DNA of 63,579 nucleotides, counting the filler, from Octopus bimaculoides (Eukaryota): NCBI RefSeq assembly GCF_001194135.2. It is 5 parts of 5 records of this genome, joined end to end, with 100 filler letters (N's around TTAATTAATTAA, not from the genome) between each part and the next. Parts side by side here need not be neighbours in the genome. Positions count along the whole stretch, not along the records: positions 1 to 22,627 come from NC_068982.1; positions 22,728 to 43,828 come from NC_068988.1; 3 more parts are not named here. One strand, written 5' to 3'. The notes under the pieces were generated by a model. It searched no databases. It was not told the DNA's origin and saw only the letters and a program-made list of their open reading frames with translations. Position numbers and translations under genes: made by a program. Positions 13,544 to 25,130 of this stretch are shown here, one piece after another (position 1 is the stretch's first letter; the number at the start of each line of letters is the position of its first letter).

Positions 13544-14118
13544 TATATATACATATATATATATATATACATATATNNNNNNNNNNNNNNNNNNNNNNNN
13601 NNNNNNNNNNNNNNNNNNNNNNNNNNNNNNNNNNNNNNNNNNNNNNNNNNNNNNNNNNNNNNNNNNNNNNNNNNNNNNNNNNNNNNNNNNNNNNNNNNNN
13701 NNNNNNNNNNNNNNNNNNNNNNNNNNNNNNNNNNNNNNNNNNNNNNNNNNNNNNNNNNNNNNNNNNNNNNNNNNNNNNNNNNNNNNNNNNNNNNNNNNNN
13801 NNNNNNNNNNNNNNNNNNNNNNNNNNNNNNNNNNNNNNNNNNNNNNNNNNNNNNNNNNNNNNNNNNNNNNNNNNNNNNNNNNNNNNNNNNNNNNNNNNNN
13901 NNNNNNNNNNNNNNNNNNNNNNNNNNNNNNNNNNNNNNNNNNNNNNNNNNNNNNNNNNNNNNNNNNNNNNNNNNNNNNNNNNNNNNNNNNNNNNTATATA
14001 TATATATATATCAATATTTGTTATCATGCCGACTTATAAAAAGAATTGTACAGTCCGACGAAGTCACTGTCAAAATATATATGTCTGTGTGTATTTTACG
14101 CGCGCACACACACACACA

Positions 14119-14151
<33 letters not shown>

Positions 14152-14964
14152 ATCGGATGTTTAATATTTATATCGTTTAATGGAATAAGTTTTCTAAATT
14201 CATGACCTGTTCCAATTGCCTTTGCCTATGCAGTACATGCGCTGTCAAATGAGCAAACATTGTTTCGATTCTATCGACCTAAGAGAAAAAAGTACTTGTG
14301 TTTCGGCAAAATAAATCATTATTATTTATAGAGAAATTAAAATTGCTCACGCTTCTTTCTTGAAATTAAACAATAGGAATTATTTTAAGATGACTAATGC
14401 TTCAGGGAATTTTTTTACTATTTTATCGATCTTTTTCTTCTTATTCTTTACATGACATTTATTTGTCTTAATTATTGGTTCGCGTAATTATTGCTACATT
14501 TGCGTGATCGTAGTATGCTATTTAAACATTTGATAATAATTGCTTAAAACGTTTCTGACAGAACTCCTTCTGAAGTCTATACTAGTATGGTGGTATTTTA
14601 TTTAAGGATTTGTTGAAATATGAGGCAAACCGTAAACAATTTTTGCTAATCATAAAAATGGCACCTTTTTTTCATTCAGTTTTATAAGATGTGTGCGACA
14701 CTGTTCATTGCCAGACAAATATTTTAATATTTTTTTATCTCACCTTTGAACTATTGAATAATTTTGAAAGCTCAGTGACATTTGGTTAACTTCGAAAGTA
14801 TTGAAATTGTGTTTTACTTGTTCTAGAGAGATATTTCCCGTTTTTAGTTTCTTATTCAGTCTATATGTATATATATTTTGTCTCTTCTCTCTTATAGTTT
14901 GTAATGATTTAATGATTTGGATACCCAACTCTCATTGTTTGTGTATCATTGTTTGTCTTATTAA

Positions 14965-15989
14965 CCCTTTCGTTACTAACCCGGCCGTAGCCGGCCGAAA
15001 AAATGTTTTGGTTCATAAGACTAACCCGGCCGTAGCCGGCCGAGCGTACCCATTGTTATTTAAATGTATATTTGAACCCAAATTTCGTTAGTACATTCGT
15101 TCAAACACCTGATTTCACTTTGCAAACAGTTGAGTTATTGTCTCTGACATTATTTGGCGTGATATTTGAACTCAGTGAATTTTGGAAGATTTTTTCCACA
15201 TTTTTTGCGGCGTTAATTTTTTTCAACTTTGAAGATGGAGAGGAGTTTCATGCTATCAAGCAGTGATTCTGAATTTGAAGGTTTTTCAACAGAAGATATG
15301 GAGATATCGNNNNNNNNNNNNNNNNNNNNNNNNNNNNNNNNNNNNNNNNNNNNNNNNNNNNNNNNNNNNNNNNNNNNNNNNNNNNNNNNNNNNNNNNNNN
15401 NNNNNNNNNNNNNNNNNNNNNNNNNNNNNNNNNNNNNNNNNNNNNNNNNNNNNNNNNNNNNNNNNNNNNNNNNNNNNNNNNNNNNNNNNNNNNNNNNNNN
15501 NNNNNNNNNNNNNNNNNNNNNNNNNNNNNNNNNNNNNNNNNNNNNNNNNNNNNNNNNNNNNNNNNNNNNNNNNNNNNNNNNNNNNNNNNNNNNNNNNNNN
15601 NNNNNNNNNNNNNNNNNNNNNNNNNNNNNNNNNNNNNNNNNNNNNNNNNNNNNNNNNNNNNNNNNNNNNNNNNNNNNNNNNNNNNNNNNNNNNNNNNNNN
15701 NNNNNNNNNNNNNNNNNNNNNTTCGTGAAGCTGAACCAATATTTACATGTGAGAGACACTAGCAGTACCCCACCCCCACCCAGTACGTGGAGAACTTAGA
15801 GACAAAAATTATGCAATAGAATTGATTAAGAACCCTTTTTTTAATTATGTTCCAAATATCACATTAATATGTTGATAAATAAAAAAGTTACAGGTGTTTA
15901 ATGAGACTAGTCTAAATTCATGATTACTTCAGAATTTAATTGAAACTCATGAGGGGTGTATTTTGGCCAGAAATATAGTAACGAAAGGG
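14965..15989 (+). mobile_element. piggyBac-family non-autonomous derivative
   Basis: TTAA|CCCTTTCGTTACT (14965-14977) ... AGTAACGAAAGGG|TTAA (15977-15989): perfect 13-bp TIR with TTAA TSD. Subterminal ACTAACCCGGCCGTAGCCGGCCGA occurs twice. An acidic N-terminal-like ORF start MERSFMLSSSDSEFEGFSTEDME precedes the gap. Confidence 0.92.
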
Positions 15990-15990
15990 T

Positions 15991-16208
15991 TAAGGCGGTG
16001 AGCTAGCAGAATCGTAAGCGCACTAAACGTAATGTTTAACGGTATTTCGCCCATTGCTACGTTCTGAGTTCAAATTCCGCCGAGGTCAACTTTGCCTTTC
16101 ATCCTTTCGGGGTCGATAAATCAAGTACCAGTAGAGTACTGAGGTCGATATAATCGACTTAACCATTTCCCACAAATTTCAGGCCTTGTGCCTATAGTAG
16201 AAAGGATT
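15991..16208 (+). mobile_element. SINE family A, full length
   Basis: TAAGGCGGTGAGCTAGCAGAATCG...GAGTTCAAATTCCGCCGAGGTC...GGGGTCGATAAATCAAGTACCAG...GCCTTGTGCCTATAGTAGAAAGGATT. Confidence 0.93.
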
Positions 16209-16434
16209 ATTGTTTGACTTATTCACTTTAGTCTTAAACCTGCAACATAATGAGCTGTTACTCTACCCCACTCTTTGCTACATATTTTAATATCTGAACC
16301 ACCTGCCATTACGTTGTTCTTATAACTCATTCACTATACGGAAAGTTCTTTCATAATTTTCCTGAATTTAAAATATATATTTATTAGCGCTGAGCTTCTT
16401 GTGATGCCTTCTCCAACCCCTTCTCTCTCCCTCA

Positions 16435-16466
<32 letters not shown>

Positions 16467-16495
16467 ACACACACACACACTCACACACACACATA

Positions 16496-16552
<57 letters not shown>

Positions 16553-16555
<3 letters not shown>

Positions 16556-17405
16556 TGACGTACCCGGTAATTCCCGGGAAAGCGGGGCTTATCCCTTGGT
16601 TCCGTTCTCATAATTGCTTCGCTAATCCAATACAAAGTATGTAGCCCTTAAAACGGTTTTTGTGCATTTACAGAGAATACCGAACTGTCTTATACAGGAT
16701 CTTGTTTTTAGGAATTCCCAATAATTTATGAATACTCAAATTGTGAAGTCAGTTATGTAATAGCATGAAATTAGTTACCTGATAGTAAAAATTCAAATAA
16801 ATTAGCCCCGAAAAGGGCTTTAATGCGTTTCCAGAGTATATAGAACTTAGGAGGAAATACTAATAAAGTATGTATACTAAAATCGTGAAGCATGTTACGT
16901 AATAACAGGTTAATCAGATACGAGATAATAACAATTCAAAGTAAATAACTCTGAAAAGGGCTTTGGTGCGTTTCCAGAGAATATTACCCTCAGCGGCGCT
17001 AGTGTTGGTATATTCGTGAATAAGTCACTAACCGAAATAAGTGGATCTATTGTTTAGGAAAATACTATTTACTTGTTTAAGGGTTGTAATGGATAAATTA
17101 CGAAAATAACTCTAACAGTTTAAATACTAAGAAATAAGCATACTCAATTTCATTTTAACCAAATAATTTAGGAAAATGAATGAATTAGTTCCTTTGGCTG
17201 TAAAAAGAAAATATATTAGATATATATATATATAAGGATCCCTTCCAGGAACCCTATTATCGGTTTTTTTCGACAACCTGAGTATGCTATGAGGTTTCTA
17301 TTCACGTGTCAAGTTTCATCAAAATCGATAAAACGATGTCGGAGGAGTTAGCTAACAACTCCACACACACACCTACAGACAGAATTTCCCACATATGTTG
17401 TAGAT
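16553..17405 (+). mobile_element. Helitron/Helentron-derived non-autonomous element (Lep1/DINE-1-like ends)
   Basis: 5' TACTGACGTACCCGGTAATTCCCGGG after (TA)n. 3' CAAGTTTCATCAAAATCG, hairpin GGAGTT..AACTCC (17344-17362), ACAGACAGA, terminal GTAGAT. Internal repeat GAAAAGGGCTTT..TGCGTTTCCAGAG twice, about 145 bp apart. Confidence 0.65.
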
Positions 17406-17703
17406 ATGTATGTATGTATATATGTTTGTATAGATCATAAAATGTCAGAAAGTATAGGAGGTGAATATATTTATTTAACCACTTGTTATCCTTAGGGTTA
17501 CGGCAATTTCGCAGCTTTTATCATGTAATATTTTCAGTGTATAATATATAATGTTTATATGTCTACACTAATGTTTATATGTCTACACTACGCATTATAC
17601 AGTTCCATTGCGTATTACCAAATCAGTGCTGATAAAGAAAGCTAGCTCATCAGATCACCAGAACATCGATGTCATAGGTACAAACATACAAAATAAATAA
17701 GCG

Positions 17704-17846
17704 TTGTTTGAGGATGATGAACAAAACACCCATGCTTCAAGGGGAGAATTATTCAAACATCAGCCTCAGAAAATCCTTCTCAGCACATGATGGCTATAAT
17801 GCCACCCCTCCCGCCACTACTACTCGTGATCACAGATGCACATATC
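17704..17846 (-). mobile_element. Internal fragment of the repeat at 43292-43828 (family E)
   Basis: Shares TTGTTT.AGGATG.TGA.CAAAACACCCATG, GAATTATTCAAAC and GATCA.AGATGCACATATC with 43530-43660. Confidence 0.8.
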
Positions 17847-17867
17847 CATATGATATATATATATATC

Positions 17868-17941
<74 letters not shown>

Positions 17942-19084
17942 GAGAGGGAGAGAGAAAGACAGACAGGCAGACAGAAGGAGCATAATTGATTTGGAAGTTA
18001 CTCACTATAACGTTTGCTCTGATTTTCTTTCGGAATTTTTTGAGTGCAAATTGAAAATAAACATTTATCACTCTTAAACTATTTTCAATGAAATTATCGG
18101 GATGCAAACATAGAGGGCGGGTTGTTCTAAACTGAAAGGAAAAAAAAAAAAGAAAAAACATTATAGAGGCAATGACAGTTGTTCATAGCGCTTGGAGACA
18201 ATTGTGAGGAGAGGTCATGTGTTGCAGCATATCAGTATAAACGAGAATATAATGAAATAAGAGTGATCTAAAGAATAATTTCGATAGAAATAACAAAGCA
18301 ATGGAACGATTACAATGGAAGCTGAACAGGAATGTTAACTCATCTGAAAAGTCAGAGTGGTACCAGTATCAATGTCAATCAATTAATGAGATGAATAGGT
18401 GCTTTTTTTCTTTTAATATGCATATATTTTGATAAGAAAAGTCTACAATCAATCTCGATTATATTTTTTTGCAATTTAGATTTAGTTTGTGATCAGCCCT
18501 TATGGAAGAGGCGTTCCAATCGTAACTATCACCCCTTTTTGTTTATCATGGAATTCATTGCTTAATGCCTCTTTCATTATTTAAGTTAGAAAAGTTTGAT
18601 TTGACAGATGCAATATATTATAAGTTGGCCAACTAAGAAGAGGCTCTACTGTAGGTTCGTCTTTATCATATTTATCTAGATAGGTGTTATAGAACGCTGT
18701 GTAAATGAAGTTTAAAGAGGCTATTAATCAGTGAGAATTTATAATTTATAAAATAACTACCTTATCACAACATTTATTGATTTTACTTTAGATATGAGGA
18801 GATGTAGACACCAATGGTTTATAGAAAAAGTAGCTATTTCTCATCGAAACAAAGGACATATAACTCCTGTTTGACAACACCAGCCATATCCTTGAAAGTA
18901 AAAGCTAAAGAGATTTAAGTTCATTTATTCTAGGACTCCCACTCTTTCTTTGTTTGGTTACATGGATCTGTTCATTAGCTGTCATGTATTGTATGAATGA
19001 ATACTTTTAATCTTCTGTATGATCCATTGTTGCCTATTCATCGATTCTGCTTGCTAATCTTCTAATTAGTTGTGTCCATTATGC

Positions 19085-19330
19085 TCACGAATGCATAATG
19101 CTTAGAATAACGTGGAAGGACTAGACAACAACGAAATGGATCTGAGAACAAACGAGTTGAAATAGCATTATCAGGTTTATAAAATGATTGAAATAGAATT
19201 GAGGTGGACATGTCCTGATGATGAGTGGCAACAGGTAGACGAAAATGTAACCGACTGGATTCCGAGAGACCGTAAAAGAAACTGATTATGGGCAACGGAT
19301 GGGGAATTAGGTAAAATTCAGTAATAAAAG
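19085..19330 (+). mobile_element. RTE-type LINE 3' fragment
   Basis: MLRITWKD..KWIxEQT and NVTDWIPRDRKRN, typical RTE C-terminal motifs, with stops. Confidence 0.7.
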
Positions 19331-19819
19331 GAAAATGTGTGGGGGACATCTCAGAATCTTACAACTGAAAAGTCTGGAAAAATACTAGTCCTTTACACAG
19401 TAGTAGGGAATTGATTCCTAATTAATATCATCTATCAAACATGTGGATTCAATAACTGTCTATATAAAATTTCATCAAATAGAGGATTAAATATTGATTT
19501 CTTATCTTTACACTAGGCCAAAGATTGTTAGAGTCGATTGATTGGGTACCAGCACTCTATGACCTTCTTGAAATAACACTTAAATTCCCTTAAATCACAA
19601 CCTGTCGTATTAGCAAAGGAAAGAACTCATTGCTTGATATAGTTTGAAATACACGCAATGATCACAGGATGCATTTAATCGTAAGTCTGTACAGTGAGAG
19701 CAGACTGAGGCGAAACAACAACAAAAGTATGCACTGCTTATTTTAACAAAATTTGGAGGGTGGAAAAAGAAAGTAATACTATTGGCATGATTTTAAATTA
19801 AACCTGAGGACCTAAAGTA

Positions 19820-19967
19820 AAAATCGTAGTTAAGAATTTTGTTTTGGTATGACGTGGTTCAGGGTTCATTATTGCAGCGCGGCGCTCTGGGCAACTCTTT
19901 TCTACCATAGCCTCATGCTGACCAAACACCTTATAAAAGGAATTTGGTAGAAACTGTGCAGAAGCCC

Positions 19968-19970
<3 letters not shown>
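19820..19970 (+). mobile_element. SINE family B 5' half
   Basis: GTGGTTCAGGGTTCA..CTGGGCAACTCTTTTCTACCATAGCCTC..GACCAAA..ATTTGGTAGAAACTG..GAAGCCC, followed by (TG)n. Confidence 0.75.
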
Positions 19971-20013
<43 letters not shown>

Positions 20014-20394
20014 AGCGAATGAGTTAAACATCGACGAGAAAATCGAAAATTAGATGATTTTCAAACGAAGTCCTTTCCATACTCGTTCAACATTGATTGT
20101 TAGAAACTCCTTTGCTTTCCTCGCTATCAGAAATGCCACATACCATTGAGTGAGACGTTGATCGCAAATTTTCAGATTTCTTCAATGTTAAATATGTGTG
20201 TGTGTGTGTGTGTGTGTGGTAGTAGTGAATTCAATGATCCCAGTACATGACAGACTTCTATATAATCGACTCTAGTAGTACGTCACAAGCCATTATGCAC
20301 TACATATGTTTTGTATATTGCAGTTATCGCGTACTGCAAATGTTGAGCATTATTGCAAATATCGTGCAGTAAAGAAGCCATTTGTTATCATTTA

Positions 20395-20590
20395 ACTCTG
20401 GTGAACTCTGAACAAGCGGACATATGACCAAAGCTATATCAATTGTGGTTAGCACGACTTTCCTTCGGAGATAGTATATCTAAGTGTTCTGCTTTTTAAA
20501 GATGATTTTATTTGAAGGATACCTGGCTGGTGTGATTTGTGAGATATCTGGCTGTTTCTATTATTCCAAGTGACCAGTTAGCGGGCCTAT
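20395..20590 (+). repeat. Interspersed repeat family D (GTGTGATTTGAG..TTTGGCTGCTATTTCT core)
   Basis: The same core recurs at about 9818-9868 (-), 18488-18650, 21290-21400 (-), 59020-59200 and 60475-60540. Class unresolved. Confidence 0.65.
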
Positions 20591-20686
20591 TGTTGTTTGA
20601 GGAGTACAAGGCAAAGATAGTGGATGGCGGTTCGAGTAGAGGATTATAAATTCTTTGTTGTTTTAATCATGAACCAGGATGAAATC

Positions 20687-20847
20687 AATAATTCTTTCTA
20701 ATTTTAAAATTGCAAAAGCAATTGACCGGTACCTATTTTATCGTCACCGAAAGGATGAAAGTTAAGCGCGAAGGAATTTGAACGCAGAACGTAAAGAGAA
20801 AGAAAAAATGCCAACACACCAACGATTCTGCTCGCGAGCCGCCTTAA
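20687..20847 (-). mobile_element. SINE family A (internally deleted), tandem pair member
   Basis: Reverse complement of the head (ACGATTCTGCTCGCGAGCCGCCTTA), GAATTTGAACGCAGAACGT and tail AATAATTCTTTCTA. Confidence 0.8.
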
Positions 20848-20860
20848 AGATGAATTTAAC

Positions 20861-21072
20861 ATATTGGTTTTACATTTTGGCACAAGGCCAGCAATTTCGG
20901 GGGTAGGACGTCAATCATTTACATCGACCCAGTACTCAACTGGTACTTACTTTATCGACCCCGAAGAGATGAAAGGTAAAGTCTACTTCTGTCGAATTTG
21001 AACTCAGAATTTAAAGATGGACGAAATAAGCATTTCGTCCGGCGTGCTACCTATACCGCTAGTTCGCTACCA
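20861..21072 (-). mobile_element. SINE family A (variant tail TTGTGCCAAAAT..AAACCAAT), tandem pair member
   Basis: CTGGTACTTACTTTATCGACCCCGAAGAGATGAAAGGTAAAGTC..GAATTTGAACTCAGAA on the plus strand. Confidence 0.85.
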
Positions 21073-21524
21073 TATACCTTAGATGAAATTGATATATTAA
21101 AAGTGGATTTTCATGATATAATTACGTCCCTTCCCTTTCTGAGTTCAAATCACTCAAGGATTGATTTTTAATAATACGAGTAATCCAGTGACGCACAGCA
21201 GTAGATACATTTAACTATATGGAGGCAATAACAATACCTACATTATCATCACTTTTACAAGCACAAACAACCACAAAGCCAGTCTGTGCGCGGCAGTTCG
21301 AACTTCTTTCAACTGTAACCTAATGTCTCTCAAATCACTCCCTTTTCTTTACACAAAAGGACACGTTGGATAATGTCGCTTGATGTAAAGGATAACAAAA
21401 AAAAAGCGGGGACGAAATAATAGTCGAAACGCAATTAATCAGTGGTCCGCTTGGTTAATGGAGGCCAAACACTTGGAGAGAATTATGTTGACACACATTT
21501 GTACATACGTAATTTCTTCCAGAT

Positions 21525-21605
21525 ATTGGTTTCAGTACTCAACAGGTACTTGGTTTATCGACCCCTCAAAGGGCGTGCTAACGATTTTGCTGGGACGCCG
21601 CCTTA
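21525..21605 (-). mobile_element. SINE family A deletion derivative (head joined directly to core)
   Basis: GGTACTTGGTTTATCGACCCCTCAAAGG abuts GCGTGCTAACGATTTTGCTGGGACGCCGCCTTA. Confidence 0.75.
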
Positions 21606-21896
21606 ATTTCGTCCCGATATTAGTGGTAATAACAGTAGTACAAAAATAGTTTCAATACTGACATATATAAGCATATTCACAAGCACATACATATAAGTGA
21701 ATATGAATATGTGCATACATACATGCATATATGTGTATGTACGCGTGTGTGTGTATGTGTGTGTACATATATAAAGATAACCACACACTCACACTCATAC
21801 ATGCATACATACATACATAAATTCCCATATTACTTATCAACAAAAAATCTTCATGATATTGGTGGTTGTAATAGTAGTACAAAATACATGTGAAAA

Positions 21897-22122
21897 CGTG
21901 TGGTTTAGTGGTTAGAGTAATTGGCTCCTGTCGTAAGGTCATGAGTTCACTTCCCGGTGGTGCGTTGCGTCCTTGAGTAAGACACTATTTCCCGTGGCTA
22001 AAGTCCACTCAGCTGGTAAAAGGCTATGCGTGTCTGCGGAGTACTCAGCCACTTGCACGTTAATTTCACCAGCAGACTCTCCTTTGATCGGAGCAATTGG
22101 AAGACTCGTCATCGAAACCGAA
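21897..22122 (+). mobile_element. SINE family C (tRNA-like head, CCTTGAGTAAGACAC core)
   Basis: A box TGGTTTAGTGGTTAG, B-box-like GAGTTCACTTCCC, then GCGTTGCGTCCTTGAGTAAGACAC..GTCCACTCAGCTG. Confidence 0.8.
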
Positions 22123-22671
22123 GAAAAAAAATGCTTACCGATACTGATCACATATGTAGATAAAAATATGTTCACACTCCCAGACTTACATATATTAGTG
22201 GTTATAATAATTATTATAAATAACTTTCAAATGATGGCCCCATGTATAGAGGAGTTTCTTTTTCTGTTTATCAGTCAGCTTCGTGGTTCATGTTAGATTA
22301 AATATTTGTTATAAGTACACAACAAGTTTGAAACAGTGTTGCTATGAGTTTAAATGTGCGCGAGTGCTTGTGTGAATCGGTGGTACATATCTGCGACAAA
22401 CTTTTTCCAGTTTCTCCATGAAAAAATTGAAACATTATATACGTATATTTATATATATATATATATATGTGTGTGCGTGTGTGTGTGTGTGTGTGTGCGC
22501 GTGCGTGCGTGCTTGTGTGTGTGTGTGAACATATAACATCGGTAGTTCGGTTGTCAAGCGGTGGGTCTGGGTAACCTCAAATACATACACGCCCCACATA
22601 TATGTATATGTACGTATTTATGTGTGTNNNNNNNNNNNNNNNNNNNNNNNNNNNNNNNNNNNNNNNNNNNN

Positions 22672-22683
22672 TTAATTAATTAA
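22672..22683. other. Assembly spacer TTAATTAATTAA (44 N on each side)
   Basis: 44N+12+44N = 100 bp. The 12-mer gives stops in all six frames, and the identical construct occurs four times. Confidence 0.95.
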
Positions 22684-22768
22684 NNNNNNNNNNNNNNNNN
22701 NNNNNNNNNNNNNNNNNNNNNNNNNNNATATATATATATATAAGCAGTTGGCAATGTTTTACCAAAGA

Positions 22769-23472
22769 GGCTGTTAGGAAACGCCTATATTTCTAGAAAT
22801 AAGACCTAAAGCACTCTAATGCTGCAGGTAATGTACATGAATGAAAACATATGCATTAACAAGGCTCATGATTGTCCAAAATATGCCGATCGAGATTTCT
22901 GAATGCTGACGTCAGTTTCAGCAATTTCCGTTGCCTCATGATTTAAGCCCGCTCGATTGTTCGAATGTTTCCGAACCCGCTTTGCAATTAGTATTTATGA
23001 TTTTGTCATCCAATTTATTGTGCGCTATCCAAATAATTGTGCTTTCATTCATGTGTGTTAATTACAGCATTAGAGTGCTGTAGGTTTTATTTCTATAAAT
23101 GTAGGTGTTTTCTAACAACCTAGTCATATGTATAATTATAATTCCCCGTTTTTGGTGAAATATTGTAAACTGCTGTGTATATTAATTTAGTATATACTCA
23201 TTAGGGAATTGCTAAATAATCCGATAATTTGTATGATGAAAGCATAAAAGCAAATAGCAAAGCGAGTTTGGAAAAAACGAGTAATCGAGCGGGTTTAACT
23301 GATGAAGCAACGGAAATCGCTAAAACTGACGTCGTCAGTAAGAATTCTCGATCGGTAATTTTCGGACAATTATATTGCCTGTTAGTGTATATATTTTCAT
23401 TCATGTCTGTTAACTACAGCATTAGAGTACTTTAGCTCTGATTTCTAGCAATATAAGCGCTTCTTAGCACCC
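22769..23472. mobile_element. Foldback MITE with ~250-bp imperfect terminal inverted repeats
   Basis: 22769-23019 is the reverse complement of 23222-23472, e.g. GACGTCAGTTTCAGCAATTTCCGTTGC vs GCAACGGAAATCGCTAAAACTGACGTC, and CCGATCGAGA vs TCTCGATCGG. Confidence 0.85.
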
Positions 23473-23760
23473 TAGGCACATTTAGTGACAATTATACCTA
23501 CATACATACATAATATGTGTGCCATAAATATCGCCATCCATTTAGAGAAAAATTTGTAGTTTAGAATCAGTAGTTCTTTGACTGCTATTTCTAGATTTTC
23601 AGTATGTTGGAGAAGCAACCCATTGCTAATCCCTGTATATTTATGATGATAAATGATTTTACCGATAAAGGTTTTTTCCATACTGAACTACTTGGGAAAA
23701 TTGTTAATTATTAATTCTATTACTAATTGACGATTCCCTGCCCTTATTCTTGTATAATTT

Positions 23761-23809
<49 letters not shown>

Positions 23810-24307
23810 NNNNNNNNNNNNNNNNNNNNNNNNNNNNNNNNNNNNNNNNNNNNNNNNNNNNNNNNNNNNNNNNNNNNNNNNNNNNNNNNNNNNNNNNNNN
23901 NNNNNNNNNNNNNNNNNNNNNNNNNNNNNNNNNNNNNNNNNNNNNNNNNNNNNNNNNNNNNNNNNNNNNNNNNNNNNNNNNNNNNNNNNNNNNNNNNNNN
24001 NNNNNNNNNNNNNNNNNNNNNNNNNNNNNNNNNNNNNNNNNNNNNNNNNNNNNNNNNNNNNNNNNNNNNNNNNNNNNNNNNNNNNNNNNNNNNNNNNNNN
24101 NNNNNNNNNNNNNNNNNNNNNNNNNNNNNNNNNNNNNNNNNNNNNNNNNNNNNNNNNNNNNNNNNNNNNNNNNNNNNNNNNNNNNNNNNNNNNNNNNNNN
24201 NNNNNNNNNNNNNNNNNNNNNNNNNNNNNNNNNNNNNNNNNNNNNNNNNNNNNNNNNNNNNNNNNNNNNNNNNNNNNNNNNNNNNNNNNNNNNNNNNNNN
24301 ATATATT

Positions 24308-24345
<38 letters not shown>

Positions 24346-24349
<4 letters not shown>

Positions 24350-24546
24350 TCCCCCCTCCACCACCATCGCTTGACAACCTGTGCTCGTGTGTTAACGTCC
24401 CAGTAACTCGGTGTTTCGGTGAAAGATACCGATAGAATAAGTACTAGGCTTACAAAGTATAAGTTCTGCGAGCAATTTGTTCGACTAAATGTGGTGGTCT
24501 GGTATGGCCGCAGTTAAATGACTGAAACAAGTGAAAGAATAAAAGA
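24346..24546 (+). mobile_element. SINE family B 3' half
   Basis: TTTGTCCCCC..CATCGCTTGACAACC..GATAGAATAAGTACTAGGCTTACAAAG..ATGGCCGCAGTTAAATGACTGAAACAAGT. Confidence 0.88.
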
Positions 24547-24553
24547 ATATATA

Positions 24554-24708
24554 TACGTTGGCCACTTTCAGTTTGCGTCAACCAAATTCTCTCACAAGAT
24601 TTTGGTTGGCCCGAGTCTATAGTTTAAGACACTTGCTGAAAATGCCACGCAGTGAGACTGAATCGGTGTCATGTGGTGGGGAAGCAAGCTTCTTAACACA
24701 CAGCCACG
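24554..24708 (-). mobile_element. SINE family B 5' half
   Basis: Reverse complement of the head: GCCACGCAGTGAGACTGAA..GGAAGCAAGCTTCTTAACACACAGCCACG. Confidence 0.85.
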
Positions 24709-25130
24709 AATGCTTGTCCATATATTAAGTAAACTTTAAACATCGACCAAGACTTAACGAATATCAGAGCGAACATCACAGGAAATTGTACTACGCCTAA
24801 GTTTTACATCTGAACATATAGGAGAATTTGATGTTGTGTCTTAAAACAGGACAAAAAACAAGAATATCTGGATAAGTAATCTAAACTCAGTATTCTAAAC
24901 TAATTTAAGGTTTCAACAATAACTTCGATTGATCTAAGAAATCAATAGACATAGCGGTGCCAGGATTGGTAATTAAAATGTTATCAGAACATTAGCAAAT
25001 ATCTTCCCAGTTAAAGACGGCATGACAAAGAGTTCACTGACATGAAACATCTGATGTCAATCTTCACCCCTTCCTATCCATACCTTTGGTGGATATACAA
25101 ACACGCATATATATGTATGTATATATATAT

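Noticed and set aside
14743-14822. Minus-strand segment with AAG|GTGAGA donor and weak acceptor
   Set aside because: Its open phase is incompatible with the 27729 exon and there is no other support.
21236-21320. Minus-strand exon-like frame VTVERSSNCRAQTGFVVVCACKSDDN
   Set aside because: It overlaps a family D repeat copy and lacks a pyrimidine-rich acceptor.
13387-22122. tRNA genes at A-box/B-box-like motifs
   Set aside because: All are heads of SINE families B and C, continuing into SINE cores. No complete cloverleaf was found.
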